A stretch of DNA of 64,000 bases from Chrysomallon squamiferum (Eukaryota > Animalia > Mollusca), in contig CM022665.1 in the NCBI GenBank assembly GCA_012295275.1, forward strand, positions 19,902,001 to 19,966,000, written 5' to 3'. This document shows positions 1 through 14,100 of the stretch, in pieces (positions within the stretch are counted from its first letter, which is position 1; the number at the start of each line of letters is the position of its first letter). Made by a program: the position numbers and the translations under genes. The notes under the pieces are model-generated. The model ran no database searches and was not told the DNA's origin. It saw only the letters and a program-made list of their open reading frames with translations.

Positions 1-322
1 GAATCTTTTGTATAGAGACAACACTGGACATGCTGTTAATCTTCATTTGTATGACTTAAATATGGCAATACTAAGTTTTAAAGATGAAATATGTACATTT
101 AGTTTGTAGAAACTGTCACATAATGATAATGATGATAATAATAATAATAATTGTAAAACTCTTATATGTAAGCATATATATGTATATGTGTGTATGTGTA
201 TATGTGTTTATATGTATGTATGTATGTGTGTGTGTGTGTGTATATATATATACACACACATATATATATATTTACACAGACATACAAACACACACACACA
301 TACACATTATTTTACTAAACAG

Positions 323-485
323 TTTGGTTGCTACGAGACCAGTGATCACAGAGTGGCCACCAGGGGGCATCCTGGCTGATGAAATGGGGCTGGGTAAAAC
401 GGTGGAGGTGTTGTGTTGTATCATGTTACACCCACGAAAATACATCCCTCTCCCAGAATGTCTGCCCACACTGCAAGACGAAGAG
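323..485 (+). CDS. SHPRH: SHPRH exon 1 in window (Walker A)
   Basis: cag|T..GAG|gtatac; WPPGGILADEMGLGKTVEVLCCIMLHPR. Confidence 0.92.
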
Positions 486-3400
486 GTATACTTTGATCTT
501 ATTAATACTTTACTTTATTATTATTATTATTAATACTTATCATTATTATTACTTTATTTATTTTTCTTCTTCTTCTTCTTCTTCTTATTACCTTATTTGT
601 TATTACTACTTAATTTTTTAATTATCTCAGACTTTAATTGTAATTATTATTACTTAACTTTTCATTTATTTATGATAATGTTAATGATCATTATTAATTA
701 AATTTTTATTTATAGCATTTATTCTAGCATATCTTATTGTCAGTATTTGTTTTTATTTAATAAATATTTAAATTTTTTCATTTATTCTTTGGCATTATTA
801 TCATCATCATCATTGTCACTGTCATCATCATTATCATTCTTTGTTGTCTTCTTAGTATTATCAACATTATTAGTAGTAGTAATACTTCGTACAATTTCTA
901 TCTGTTATGTTATTAAATTTAAATAACAAATTTTTAAACTATTTTTATTTTGTTTGTAGAAGTTTGATCGTGAAGAGGAAGAAGAGAAAGATGATAACTG
1001 TGATGATCAGTCTAACACTTGTATTCATCCATCTGATATTAGTGATCATCTCGCTGACAATGGTGATTATCCATCTGACAGTTGTGATGGAAGCAGACAT
1101 CAGACAATATTAGATACTGATAACATAGATGATACATTAAAAATTACTTTATCTGATGTTCAGATGGGATCAAACACAGACAGATGCACAAATGATACCA
1201 TACCAGACAAAGACAGATATACAAAAGATACTATTTCAGACACAGACAGTTACATAAAAGATACCAAATCAGACAAACATACAGATGGATGTGTGGACAC
1301 TATAATGAAGGATGAAAGAGAAAACACCTGTGTTGAAGCAGAGATACAAAAGATTTTTGTAGAAATAAGACAGGAAGACTGTATGAGTAATGAAGAACCT
1401 ATTCAGATTATTATAATAGAGGAAGACTGTGATACTCAGACATTCAAAGATGGACAGAAGTTAGCAGAAGAGTCAGGTGTAGATAAAACTGAGTTTTATC
1501 AAGATACTGACACTGTTACAGAAATCTCAATTCTAGATAAAACTGAGTTAACAGCTGTGTATGAAGTTACTGAAATTGATAGACAGGAGTCCAATGTCCA
1601 GATTGTTATTATAGAAGAGGTAGAAGAACAAACAGAAGAATCTGCTGTTATTGAGGAGTGGAAGTCAGAGAACTCTGATATTACAGCTACAGGGAGAGAG
1701 GAAACTGATAGAGGTATTGATACTGAACAAGGAAATTCTTTAACATCAGCAGCAGAGCAAACCAATCATGTTCAGTTAGTAGATGGAAGTGGAAAGAGTA
1801 CACATGTATCAGCTAAAATAACTAAAAATTCAGTTGTAGCAGACAGCTGTTTTTCAGTAAACAAACCTGTATGTGGTGGTTATACAGTTACCAGCCAGAA
1901 TCATTTAGAATGTTCTTTCCATATCACAGGAAATAGTGAGACAGCTGTTAGTTCACACAATGAAACAAGAAACTCAAGTGACTTTCTTAATAACTCATAC
2001 ACAGAACATTCAGATAATTTCTGTGTAGACCATTCATCTCACAGTTCTGAATCATCTCACAGTGATAAAACATCTCACAGTGATAAAACATCACACAGTT
2101 CTGAAATATCATACAGTTCTGAAACATCTGACAGAGATCAAAAACATTTACATCAAACATTTAACAACAGTCAATCAAATTCTCACCATTACTGCACTAA
2201 AAATGGCGACAGCTGTGATACTGAACCAATATCAGACCTTGATAAAAATGATATACGAACAGAAGATGATGAAGGAAGTAAAGGTGATGCAGAGAGATCT
2301 CAGACAGCAATTAATACAGAGAAATGTAAGAACAGTTTTTTCAGCAGTAAAGCAGTGAGCCAGAAATCTTTCTTTGAGTGTATTTGTGGTTCCATGGATG
2401 AAGAAGATGAAGAACTGATCAAAGTTCAGTGTGTGGTGTGTAGTTTGTGGCAGCATGCCGCCTGCATGAAATACAACCTCAAGAACCCACACAGAGGTCC
2501 ATACAAGTGTCCTCACTGCCATGTGATATCTGTAAGTGTTCTTACTGTCATGTGCTATTTATAAGTAATAGTGATCTTACTATCATGCTTATCTGTAAGT
2601 AACAAGAGTTCTTACTGTCATGTCATAGCTATAAGTAAGAAGTATTCTTACTGTCATGTGATATCTGTAAGTTACAAGTGTTGTCACTGACATGTCATAT
2701 CTGTAAGTAACTGAAGTTTTACTATCATGATATTATATACAGGGTGGCCCAGATGTAACCAAACCTGAATTGTTATGAAAAGTTACAGTTAAATGAAACA
2801 AATTTTATTTCATATAGTTACAGCAAATGTTCAAAAGGCAAACCATTATTTGTAATACAGTGATGACATTGTTCAATGGTTGAATCAGTTACTTCGGTAT
2901 TTCGTGAAGCAGACTTGAAATCGATTGAGCTTTCAGGTTCGGTTACATCTGGGCCACCCTGTATATACTCAACCTCATTGTTATATAATTGTTTTTCAGG
3001 AAAATATTTTAATTTATTATTGATTTCTATTATTTTTATTTATTTATTTTTTTAAGTTAATATTCTGATTCTGTTTTATGTTCTTTAAAGTCATCTTGAA
3101 ATATTGTTTTATATTTATACAAAATTTTATTTGTTTCAGTCTCCAATTCCTTCTGGGGCCACACTCATCATCTCACCTGTGTCCATCAGTGACCAGTGGA
3201 TGGATGAGATCTCAAAACACATCACACAAAAATCTCTCAGTGTCTTTGTAAGTAGCTTTTATCTGTGTACTTACCTTTTTTAAGATATTTCTTTCTGCTT
3301 ATTAATTTTTGTAAAGTATTTTATATTTTTCATTTACTTTTTATCTATCTGTCTATTGCTAGATATTTTATAACTTTCTACCCACCTTCTATTTGTAACA

Positions 3401-6400
3401 TATTTTATATCTTTTTTTTTGTTTTTCATCTACCTTTTATAAGATAGTTTTATGTATTTCTTATCTTTTTATCTGTCTGTCTTTGGGTAAGATATTTTTT
3501 GTCTTTTTATCTACCTTTTGCAAGATTGTTTATATCTTCCTACCTTCTTAGATTTTAAAAATATTTTATATTTATGGGTGTACTTTTCTACTTACATTCC
3601 TGCTTAACTACCTATTCTTCTTCTATTTATATCTCTCTGTCTATCTCTCATTCTAACTGTTTGTCTATCTGTTTCTGTATCTTTCTCTCTGTTTGTCTGT
3701 ATATCTATATATGTATCTGTCTTCATGACAGCCTGTCTACTACATCTGTCTGTCTGTATCCTATCTGTCCATTTACCTATCTATACATATATATATATTT
3801 TATTTTTTCTGTCTATGTATCTGTCTGTCTAGCTGTTGATCAAGGTGTCTGTAGTGTGTGTCTGTATTTCTATAATATTTTACAGGTGTACAGTGGTGTG
3901 AACAAACTTGGCTACATTCAGCCACAGACACTCGCCAGCTACAACATCGTCATCACAACGTATGAGACTCTGAGAAAAGAGATAGACTACGTCGACCTTC
4001 CACACAGCAACAGTAAGATAAAACAAAATCATTTTTATATCGCTTGATACTTTATTTCATTTATTGTGTGCAAATAGTAATTTACATATTATATAGAAAA
4101 TAATAAACATTTTATTTGTAAATGCAGAAATTATGCTAAGTACCGAAAATAATTTACATGTTGTATGTAAATGTACAAATTATCTTGTACAGGAAATATA
4201 TTGTATATGTTATATATAAATAAGTAAATTATTTAATAATTCTTATCTTTATTTGGTGTGAGTAATTTATTTTGATTTATTTATTTATTTATTTTTTTTT
4301 TAATCTGTCTGATTAATCAATGTAAATTAACTGGATGTGGTTTTTATATATTCAGGTGATATGGGTCGACGTTTTCGACATCCAAAACGGTTTATGGCAA
4401 TTCCAAGTCCAATCATTTCTGTAGAATGGTGGAGAGTAAGAATCTTTTTTGTTTTTTAATATTCTGTTTATTTTACTTGACATTTATTTATTTATTTATT
4501 TATTACTATTATTTTTATTCTTCTTCTTATTATTATTACTATTTTTATCGTTATTATTATTATTATTGTTGCTGTTATTATTATTATTATTGTTATTATT
4601 AATATTATTATTATAACTATTATTATTATTATTATTATTTCTTTTTCTTTTCTAAAACTTAACAGGATAGTTGTGTTAAAATGTATCTGATTCCTAATTT
4701 TGATCATTTATCTTTTTCTTCACATATGTTATTTAACTCTGCTTTAACTCTTCAGGGCTTGCTCTGTTTTTCAAACAGGAATAATTGCACCAGGTTTTTT
4801 TTATTATTTTATTTTATTTTATTTTTTTTATTTATATGAGTTGTTTATTTGAAAATATTTGTTATTATTATTACTGTTAATATGATTATTATTATTATTA
4901 TTATTATTATTATTTTTCAGATTTGTCTAGATGAGGCTCAGATGGTTGAGTGTACAACAACAAAAGTGAATTTTTGAAAATGTCTCAGTTTGAAACTTGT
5001 TGTCTGTTAACATATTTATTGTGTTAAATATAAACTGTTAGTTAAAATATAGTAAATTCTCTTAGTTTATAAGCAAGTATTTTCTGTTTACAAATTAATT
5101 TAATAAATATGAATTAGTTTCACTAAGAAATGATTAATTATAATATAGTAAATCTTTTTTTGTTTACAGACAAATAGTTCTCTGTTATGATAAATATAAA
5201 CTAGTTTCACTGAAACGATTAAGTGAAATTGTTATTTTTTTATTATACAAACAAGTAGTTGTCTATTATAAATACGAATAGGTATCACTATAAAATTATC
5301 AGTTACAGTAGAGTAAATCTGTGTACAGATAAAAAGATGTTGTTTAGGTAAATATAAACTAGTTTCACTATGAAATAATTAACTAAAATGTTATAAATCC
5401 TGTTTGTGTACAGATAAAAAGACATTGTTGTGTAGGTAAAGTTCTATGTTTTCAGACTGCTGAAATGGCACTGAGATTGTCAGCTGTAAACAGATGGTGT
5501 GTAACTGGGACTCCAGTACAGAAAAGTGTTGAAGGTAGATAACTCTGTTTACAAGTTTAATATGTAAAAATCAGAAAAATATCTATATTTCTGTCTGTTT
5601 CTCTGTCAACCTCTCTATCTCTTTATTTTTAAATTGATCTATCTCCTATCTACCAGTCTATCCATCTTATCTATCTATATATGTACCTGTGTTGTATACT
5701 ATTTTATATTACATATTAGTACTATTAATAATAAGTTATGTTAAATATATCTATACTATTAATATGTCATATTACATATTTGTACATACTGTTAATAATA
5801 TGTTACATTACAGATTTGTATGGTCTGGTGTTGTTTCTGGGTATTGACCCATATTGGGTTCAGCAGTGGTGGAAGATGTTGCTGTATGAACCGTTTTGTT
5901 ACGGTGTTGAGTCACCCATATATGATGTGCTCAGTCAGGTGTTGTGGAGAACATCAAAGAAAGACGTGTTAGATCAGGTACACACTGAGTTAATTAAATG
6001 AGAGTTTTTTATATGATGTGAAACATGTAGTTTATTCCATACTAAAGATATGTTTTTTTACAGATAGAGTTATACTGACTTTATTGTATGGGTGGAAATA
6101 TAAAGTTTAATTTATACTGTAGATAGATGAGATAGATAGATAGACAGATAGATAGATATTATTTACAAATAGTTACCAGGATTGTATTGTATGAGTTGAT
6201 ATACAATGTTTAATTCATACTGTAGAGAGATAGATAGACAAATAGACATTATTTATAGATAGAATTGTCTCGATATTATTGTATGAGTTGAGATATGAAG
6301 TTTAATTCATACTGAAGATATATAATATTCACTACAGATAGAATTACCCAGTCAGGTAGAAGAAGTTCACTGGCTGACATTTTCACCCGTTGAAGAACAT

Positions 6401-9400
6401 TTCTATCGTAGACAATTCCACGATTGTGTGAAGATTTCCATGCAGGTAGCCAATGTTTTAATTGTTTAATTTATTTAAAATATTTTTATATGGTTTTCTA
6501 TATAAATACATTTACACAGAGGTAGCTATTTGTTTCAAACTATGATGAAAATAACATATACAGTATCTACATAAATACATTTACAAACTTAGACATTTTA
6601 TTAAATGTCTTCATAAATAACATATGTATTAAATACAATTAAGCTTTTTACAAAACTTCTGTGTAAAGTATTTATGAAGCATATATTTTAGAAAAATTCA
6701 GTAAAAAGTTAAATAGTTCCATGTAAAATATTTAACTAATATTTATTTCACGAAATCTAAGTAAATGATAAAATAGTTCTGTGTAAAATATTTAAGTAAA
6801 ATTTATTTCACAGAATCTAAGTAAATGATAAAATAGTTCTGTGTAAAATATTTAATTAAAATTTATTTCACAGAATCTAAGTAAATGATAAAATAGTTCT
6901 GTGTAAAATATTTAAGTAAAATTTATTTCACAGAATCTAAGTAAGTGGTCTGATAGTTCTGTGAAGCTGAGTAGTTTGGATCGACACACAATGACTCAGG
7001 TGAGCTTTGAACCCACATACCTCAGAGTTTGTTAGTTTAACATTTCACAGTACTTTCCTTTCCTATTTTGATATTTCATTGTCTGTAAGCAGTAGATTAA
7101 GTGAGTAAATTTTATTTGTATTAAACTATGTTTGAGTTTATTTTATGCTATATTCACTAATATGATACAAGTGACTTGTTTCAGTTACTGTGAAAATATT
7201 TTAACATTTAAAACATTTAACTTCATGCTTCAGTGGTTTTACAAGTTGAAAGGTTCATAAAATTTTATAACATTTTATAAGTGAATGGCAATGATAGATT
7301 GATTTAAAAATAAATTCAGATTGCATTATAAAAATCAAATATGATTGTGTTCTAAAAATCGATTGATTGTATTTTATGGTTTATTTAGTGCGTTTTATTA
7401 AAAATCAAATACTGAAATAGTAATTGTTATATAAATCAAATAGTGATTGTTATTAAAATGAAACAGTGATTGTTTTATGAAAATCAAATAGTGATTGTAT
7501 TATGAAAGTAAAATAATTATTATAAAAATCAAAATTGTCTTTCAGCTGTTGAATCCTCTGCTGAAACTGAGACAAGCTTGTTGTCACCCCCAGGCAGTGA
7601 GGGGGGAATTTCTACCTTTACAGAAGAGGTGAAATTATTTCTTTTAAAAAATATTCTTATCTGTGTTGCTATGTTAAACTGGTAATCAGATGTTAAAGTG
7701 ATCAGCAATATTATTTTGATTTCCTGATTTCAGTGAAAGTTAAGTTAGAACAAACAAATTGTTTTAAACAGATCACAATTTCATAATGTCAGATCCAGTT
7801 TTGTTTTTGGTCATATCTGAAATATTGACTCACTTCATGTTATTTTCTTGATGTGTGCAGAATTACTCAACAATATTTTTTATAGGTATGTAAATATGTA
7901 TGTACCAAGTGTTGTATATAAACATGTATGTAACAAGAGTTGTATATAAATGTGTATCACACAGTACACTAACTATGGAAGAGTTGCTGCAGTCGCTGAT
8001 TAAGAAAGTCAAGTTGGAGTGTGAAGAGGCTCATAGACAACTTGTAGCAGCTCTCAATGGCCTGGCAGCTATAGACATCATAAAGGAAGAGGTATGTGAT
8101 AAATATATAAATTTATATGTTAGGAAAACACATCACAATGAAAGAGCTATGTATTAAATATGTAAATTTATAACATCATAAAGAAAGAGGCATAAAAACT
8201 GTGATATTCAAGCTGTTACAAAGTACAGATATGAAATTTCAGTATGTTCATAACGTACAGGGAAGTGTTGATACACAATTTCAGCATGTTGATGCTGTAT
8301 GGGGAAGTGTTGATGTATAATTAAAGTATGTTGATGGTGTACAGAGGTATAGGGAAGTGTTGATGTATAATTTCAGTATGTTGATGCTGTACAGAAGTAC
8401 AGGGAAGTGTTGATGTCAGTGGAGGAACACAAGAATGAGCTGAGAACTGATGACTTACAACAGCTACATGCGATGCACAACCTCCGAGAGTTGTTGACGA
8501 TGAAGCCAGCAGGAGTCCACCCAACACTGAGAGATGACCTCCTCCAACAGCAGGTTTTATCAATTGTTTTATTTTAGTAACCTTGATTTACACATTTCTA
8601 ATTTTAACTTTTTTTTTTTGATTACCTTGATTTACACATTTCTAATTTTAACATTTTGTTATTAATCTTTATTTACAAGATTTTATTTTTAACTCTTTAT
8701 TTTTTATTTTAACATTGTTATTAATCTTGATTTACAAAATTTAAAAAAAATATTAATCATTTGTTATTTAGCTGAATGTACATATTTAATTTATTATTAA
8801 TTTACATGGTGATTGCTTGGTTAATCAGTTATTTGTTTTAGTCATGGAATGTTTTTTTTGTAATGTTACTTTGTAAAGTAAATGTTTGTTTTTTTGTGTG
8901 TATTTTAAGACACAAGATCTGAGAGAGAAGTACATGTTAAAAGTAGCAGGGAAAGTACAGAATGCCATGGAGAGCTTACTTCCTGTCCAGTCCAGCATCC
9001 GAGAACTGCAAAAACAGGTTACAGTCATCATCATCCAGTCTCATGATTAGAAAAACTCTAAATATGATAATGATAATGATAATAAAAATAATAATAATAA
9101 CAATAATAATAACAATAACAATAATAAAGTAAAAAACAAACCAAATAAATCATTTATGAGAGTTTACATGTAGATTTACTGGACATCAGATCATCAATTT
9201 TGAGAAAAATCATTGTGTGCTTCGAGGCCCCAAAGGGGTCTTGTACCACCTCGCAAAATTTCTCTTGGAGGCCCTGAACAGGATTTCAGTGTTTGTTAGT
9301 TTTGTAGTAGACGTAGCATAATAATTTATTTTGTGATTTTTTATCTTAGTTTTCTGAAGAAAGTGACTGATAATCTATACTAGACACAGTTTATTAGACA

Positions 9401-11069
9401 TAGTTTATAGTAATTTTCAGACTCTATGATGTACATATGTGATTTTTAATTCTAGCTTTTTTGAAGAAAGTGACTGGTATTCTGTACTAGTTTAAGTTTA
9501 AAGTAATCATTTTCACTCTGTGTGTACGTAGGTTTCTAATTGTTGTTTTCTGACGGAAGTAAGAGGTAGTCAACACTAGACTTGGTTTATAGTAATAATT
9601 TAGACTAATGATACACACAGATGTGATTTCCAATTGTAGTTTTCTAAAGGAAATGAAAAGTATTCTATACTACACTTAGTTTAGATTAATAATCTGGACT
9701 ACATTTTAAACATAATTGTGATTTTTAATTGTAGTTTTCCAAAGGAAGTGACTGGTGGAGTGGCTTTCTGGACTGGGTGAACAGTCACAACTTGCAGGAT
9801 GTTCTGATTGAGAGAATTCGTGAAGATTTGTCTGAAAGTCATGAAATAAACAGTCTGATATACAGGTGAAACTTTTTAATGTACAAAATATAAATAAATA
9901 CATTCATCGCTGTTTAAATGTGTGCAAAAAAAAAAAAAAAATATATATATATATGTAGATAAACAGATAAAATTTAAGATACAGACATGTTTAATATTAC
10001 TGAGACATACAGTTTTAAATATTTAAAATAAAGATGTTCAAAATATCAGACATGATTATGGAAATAAACTGCTTATGGCTGTATTTAAATATTGATCTAT
10101 TTAGCTACTGATATATTTTGGAATAGATATATTTTGATAATCATATATTTAGATATTGATATATTTAGATATTCATATACTTAAATACTGATATATTTTG
10201 ATATTTATATATTTAGATACTGATATATTTAGATATTGATATATCTGGATACTGATATATTTAGATATTATATATTTACGTATTGATATATATATATATA
10301 GATATTTATATATTTAGATATTGATATATTTGGATATTGATGTTTTTAGATACTGATGTATTTAGGTATTGATATATTTAGATACTAATATATTTAGATT
10401 TTAATATATTTACATATTGATGTATTTAGATATTGATATATTTAGATATTGATGTATTTAGTTATTGATATATTTAGATATTGATGCATTTAGTTATTGA
10501 TATATTCAGATATTGTTATTTTTAAATAATGATATATCTGGAAATTGATGTATTTAGATACTGATATATTTAGATATTGATACATGTAGATGTTGATATA
10601 TTTAAATACTGGTATATTTACATATTGCAATATATATTTACAGGATGGCAATAAAGTCACTATGCAGTTACTTACAATAACAATTAAGACAAAAAAAATT
10701 AATCAAATTTATTATTAAAATGGTTCTGGTTATTTCTGGTTAATAACAATAAAATGATACATGGTAAACAATAGTAAATTAATTACCGATACTGTTTGAA
10801 CTACATTCCTTTGCTTTGTTATTATAAGTAACTGTATAGTGACTTTATTGCCACCCTATATATTTTTGTTACAGGTTCAGAGATCTGAGAGGGTTGCAGT
10901 ATGTAGTGTACACTCAACTCAACATGTTGGAATCCAGTCACTCAAAACTCACCTCTGAAGTCTTACAAATTAGTGACAGACCTTCACAACAAACAGTAAA
11001 CAAAACAGTCGAATGTTGTCTGAGACCCGAAAAAAACATACTCAAAATGTGAATATGTTTATTTATTTA

Positions 11070-11107
<38 letters not shown>

Positions 11108-14100
11108 TGAACTGTCTGAAAAAATCACACTCAAAATGTGAATATGTTTATTTATTCTGTGTGTGTGTGTGTGTGTGTGTCTGAACACAAAAACAACATA
11201 CTCAAAATGTCAATATGTTTATTTAATAATTATGTCTATGTGTGTGTCTACAAATTTCATATCAGACTGTAATCCAGTCAGATGAAATTTGTCGAAGACT
11301 AAAATTTAATAATCACTCTAAATATTCAGTTAACCTCTATGTAAATATGCATTAAGAAGTTTGTATGTGTGTGTACATCAATCTGTCTATCAACTTTGTA
11401 TCTATCTAGCTATCTATCTATCTATCTATCTACTATGTATGTATGTATGTATCTATCTACGTATCTATATCTATCTACTATGTATGTATGTATGTATCTA
11501 TCTACGTATCTATATCTATCTATCTGTGTGTCTTCTATCTATTATCTGTCTCTCTGTCTGTCTATCTATACTTCTCAGTGCATTAAACTTTGTTTTTGTT
11601 GCACAAACTAAAGAACATGTGCTTACATTTCAGTTGTCCTTTCTGTCAAGTAGATGAACTCTTTAATGAATATGAGAGCAAATTGTTTTCATTTGTAGAA
11701 AAGTAAGTTAAAATATAACTTCTGTAATTAATATTAATTACTATGCAACAGTTAAAAGTTGGAACTGTTGTTTAAGTGATATGTAATTAATGTCAAATAT
11801 TTGTATTTTTTATATGACTTGTAACTATATTAATTCTTCATAATTGTTGTTCCCCATACTGTCTGTTAAGAATCATTCTCATGTATTCTAATGTACCAGA
11901 GTCTGCTTGGTAATCCTTTAATGAAAAAATGTACACTGTCATTATCTCTAAGTCATAATAATATTATAACTCATATATACTGGATTTTTTTTTGTTTTGA
12001 AAAGGGGTGTGTCTACTCTGGGGGTCGAGGATGACCTTCAGTACCAGGTACACACAAAACGACAGGGGACATGGGCTGACAGTGAGCTGGAGAGAATTAT
12101 TAAATGTATTTATAATTTTGCCAGAATACACAGACGTAAGTATTTTTTTTATTTTATTATTTTTTGTTTTCTTAACCATTCAGGGCTGGCACTGTTTTTC
12201 ATTCTTGAATAATTGCACTGGATTTCATACAACCATTTTTGTTTTTATTGTTATATATTTTTAATGTATGTGAGCTCTTTGTTGTAAATAAAAATAAGAG
12301 GTATTACAGAACATTTATTATTATTAAAGAATAGTAAATTCCAATGTCACCACACAATTCTTTCAGTAAGAAACTTAAAGATAAAATGTGCAAGGATCTG
12401 TCAGAACCAGCAGAAGCCCCGAAGGGTTAAATAAAATAAACACAATTTACATTTTAAATGAACTAATGAATAAACTAAATAACATTAGTATTTTTATATT
12501 CATTGTCTTTGCATATGTTTATATAAAAATTATTTTACAAATCATGTCAGTGTTTTACTTGTATATCTGTAATGTGAGATAGTTTCAGTCACTCTGTGTC
12601 TGATTGTTTGAGTGTATGTATGTGTACTTGTTTATTTCAGTGCCAGCAAACTATAAGGAAATGTTGGAGTTTGGAAATTCACACATAAAATTGTTTGATC
12701 TGCTTAAGAAAGAATTTAAGGTGAGTGTGCATATCTGTAATCAAAAGTTTACTTGTAATTAAAATTTACCTGTGATTATTAGTTTACCTCTAATAAAATT
12801 TTACCTCAAATTATTATTTTGGCTGTAATAAATATTTATATATAATTATTAGTTTAGCTATAATAAAAATTTATCTTTAATAAAAGAATTCATCTTTAAT
12901 TGAAAATTACCTGTAATTATTAGTTTACCTATAATAAAAATGTACATGTAATCAGTAGTTCATCAGTAAAAAATATGTATTTCTCTTATTATTGTACACA
13001 GAATCTACGTTATGTTTGGCTGGCAGCTAGAGAGCAGGTTTCTTCTCTAGATGAGCTGGACATGGCAACAACAAGGCTGAGAGTGAGGTTTCAGGATGAA
13101 CCAGTATCTGAAATACATCAACCTCATGTGTTAGAGAGAGGCCAGGTCAGTCCTGTTTAAGTTTTCTTAGCAAGTAAAACATCTTTTTAACTTCATGTGT
13201 TGGACAGGTTAGTCCTGTTTAAGTTTTCTAACAAGTAAAACATCTTTTTATCTTGATGTGTTAGACAGGTTAGTTCTATTTAAGTTTTCTAACAAGTAAA
13301 ACATCTTTTTAACTTCAAGTGTTAGACATGCCAGTTCTGTTAAAGTTTTCAAACAAGTAAAGCATCTTTTTAATTTGATGTGTTAGATAGGTCAGTTCTG
13401 TTTTAGTTTTCTAATAAGTAAAACATTTCAGATCAATCATGTAATGTTAAATGACATTTTGGTTATACACATTTTTACTTCAGATCAAAGAAACTAGCTG
13501 TAATGATATAGTGTTTGTGTGTGTTACACTGAATTCCATGTTTAAAAAATATTAAGGTGTTGTCTGATTAACTGACTTGTAATGATAAATCATGCTTAAC
13601 ATAAACATATCACAAAATGAATGAATCACAATTACTTTACTTAACATGTTAATGACAGTTTGTTCATCAGAATATTTTAATGATTGTTAAATAACAAGTT
13701 AATGAAGGAAATAGCAAGAGAATATAGCTAGCACATCTCATAAATAGTGATCTTCTGCATTAAATACAGATTAATAGATCACACTGTGATCATCTCTGAT
13801 TGGTTACTTTGTTTTTTCAGGTGGACCTGCAGCGAATGAAACTGCTTGGTGACAAGGCCACAGGAAGTAATGATCTGAGAAAGAGGCTAGGCCAACTTTA
13901 CTATCTAAATAATCTTGCAAAGGTTTCTCTATAAAACTTTACTTATTTTTATTTTTTTTATTTTTATTTTTTAATCATCGACATTTTTAGAAACTTTTAT
14001 ATTTTAATTATTATTATTATTATAGCTATTGGTTAGGTAATTTTTCAGTTTAGCATGATATTATTAATATGTAATATCAGCTGCACAATACAGAGAATAA

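Noticed and set aside
1164-2564. 466-aa ORF as a stand-alone PHD protein
   Set aside because: The frame is open back to the acceptor at 960 and splices in phase into SHPRH on both sides.
9224-9276. GC-rich intronic segment ending ttggaggccctg (hAT-like terminus)
   Set aside because: No matching opposite end or TSD found.
11250-11292. Short hairpin acaaatttcat..atgaaatttgt
   Set aside because: Too short for a pre-miRNA and no recognised mature miRNA; probably a collapsed MITE.
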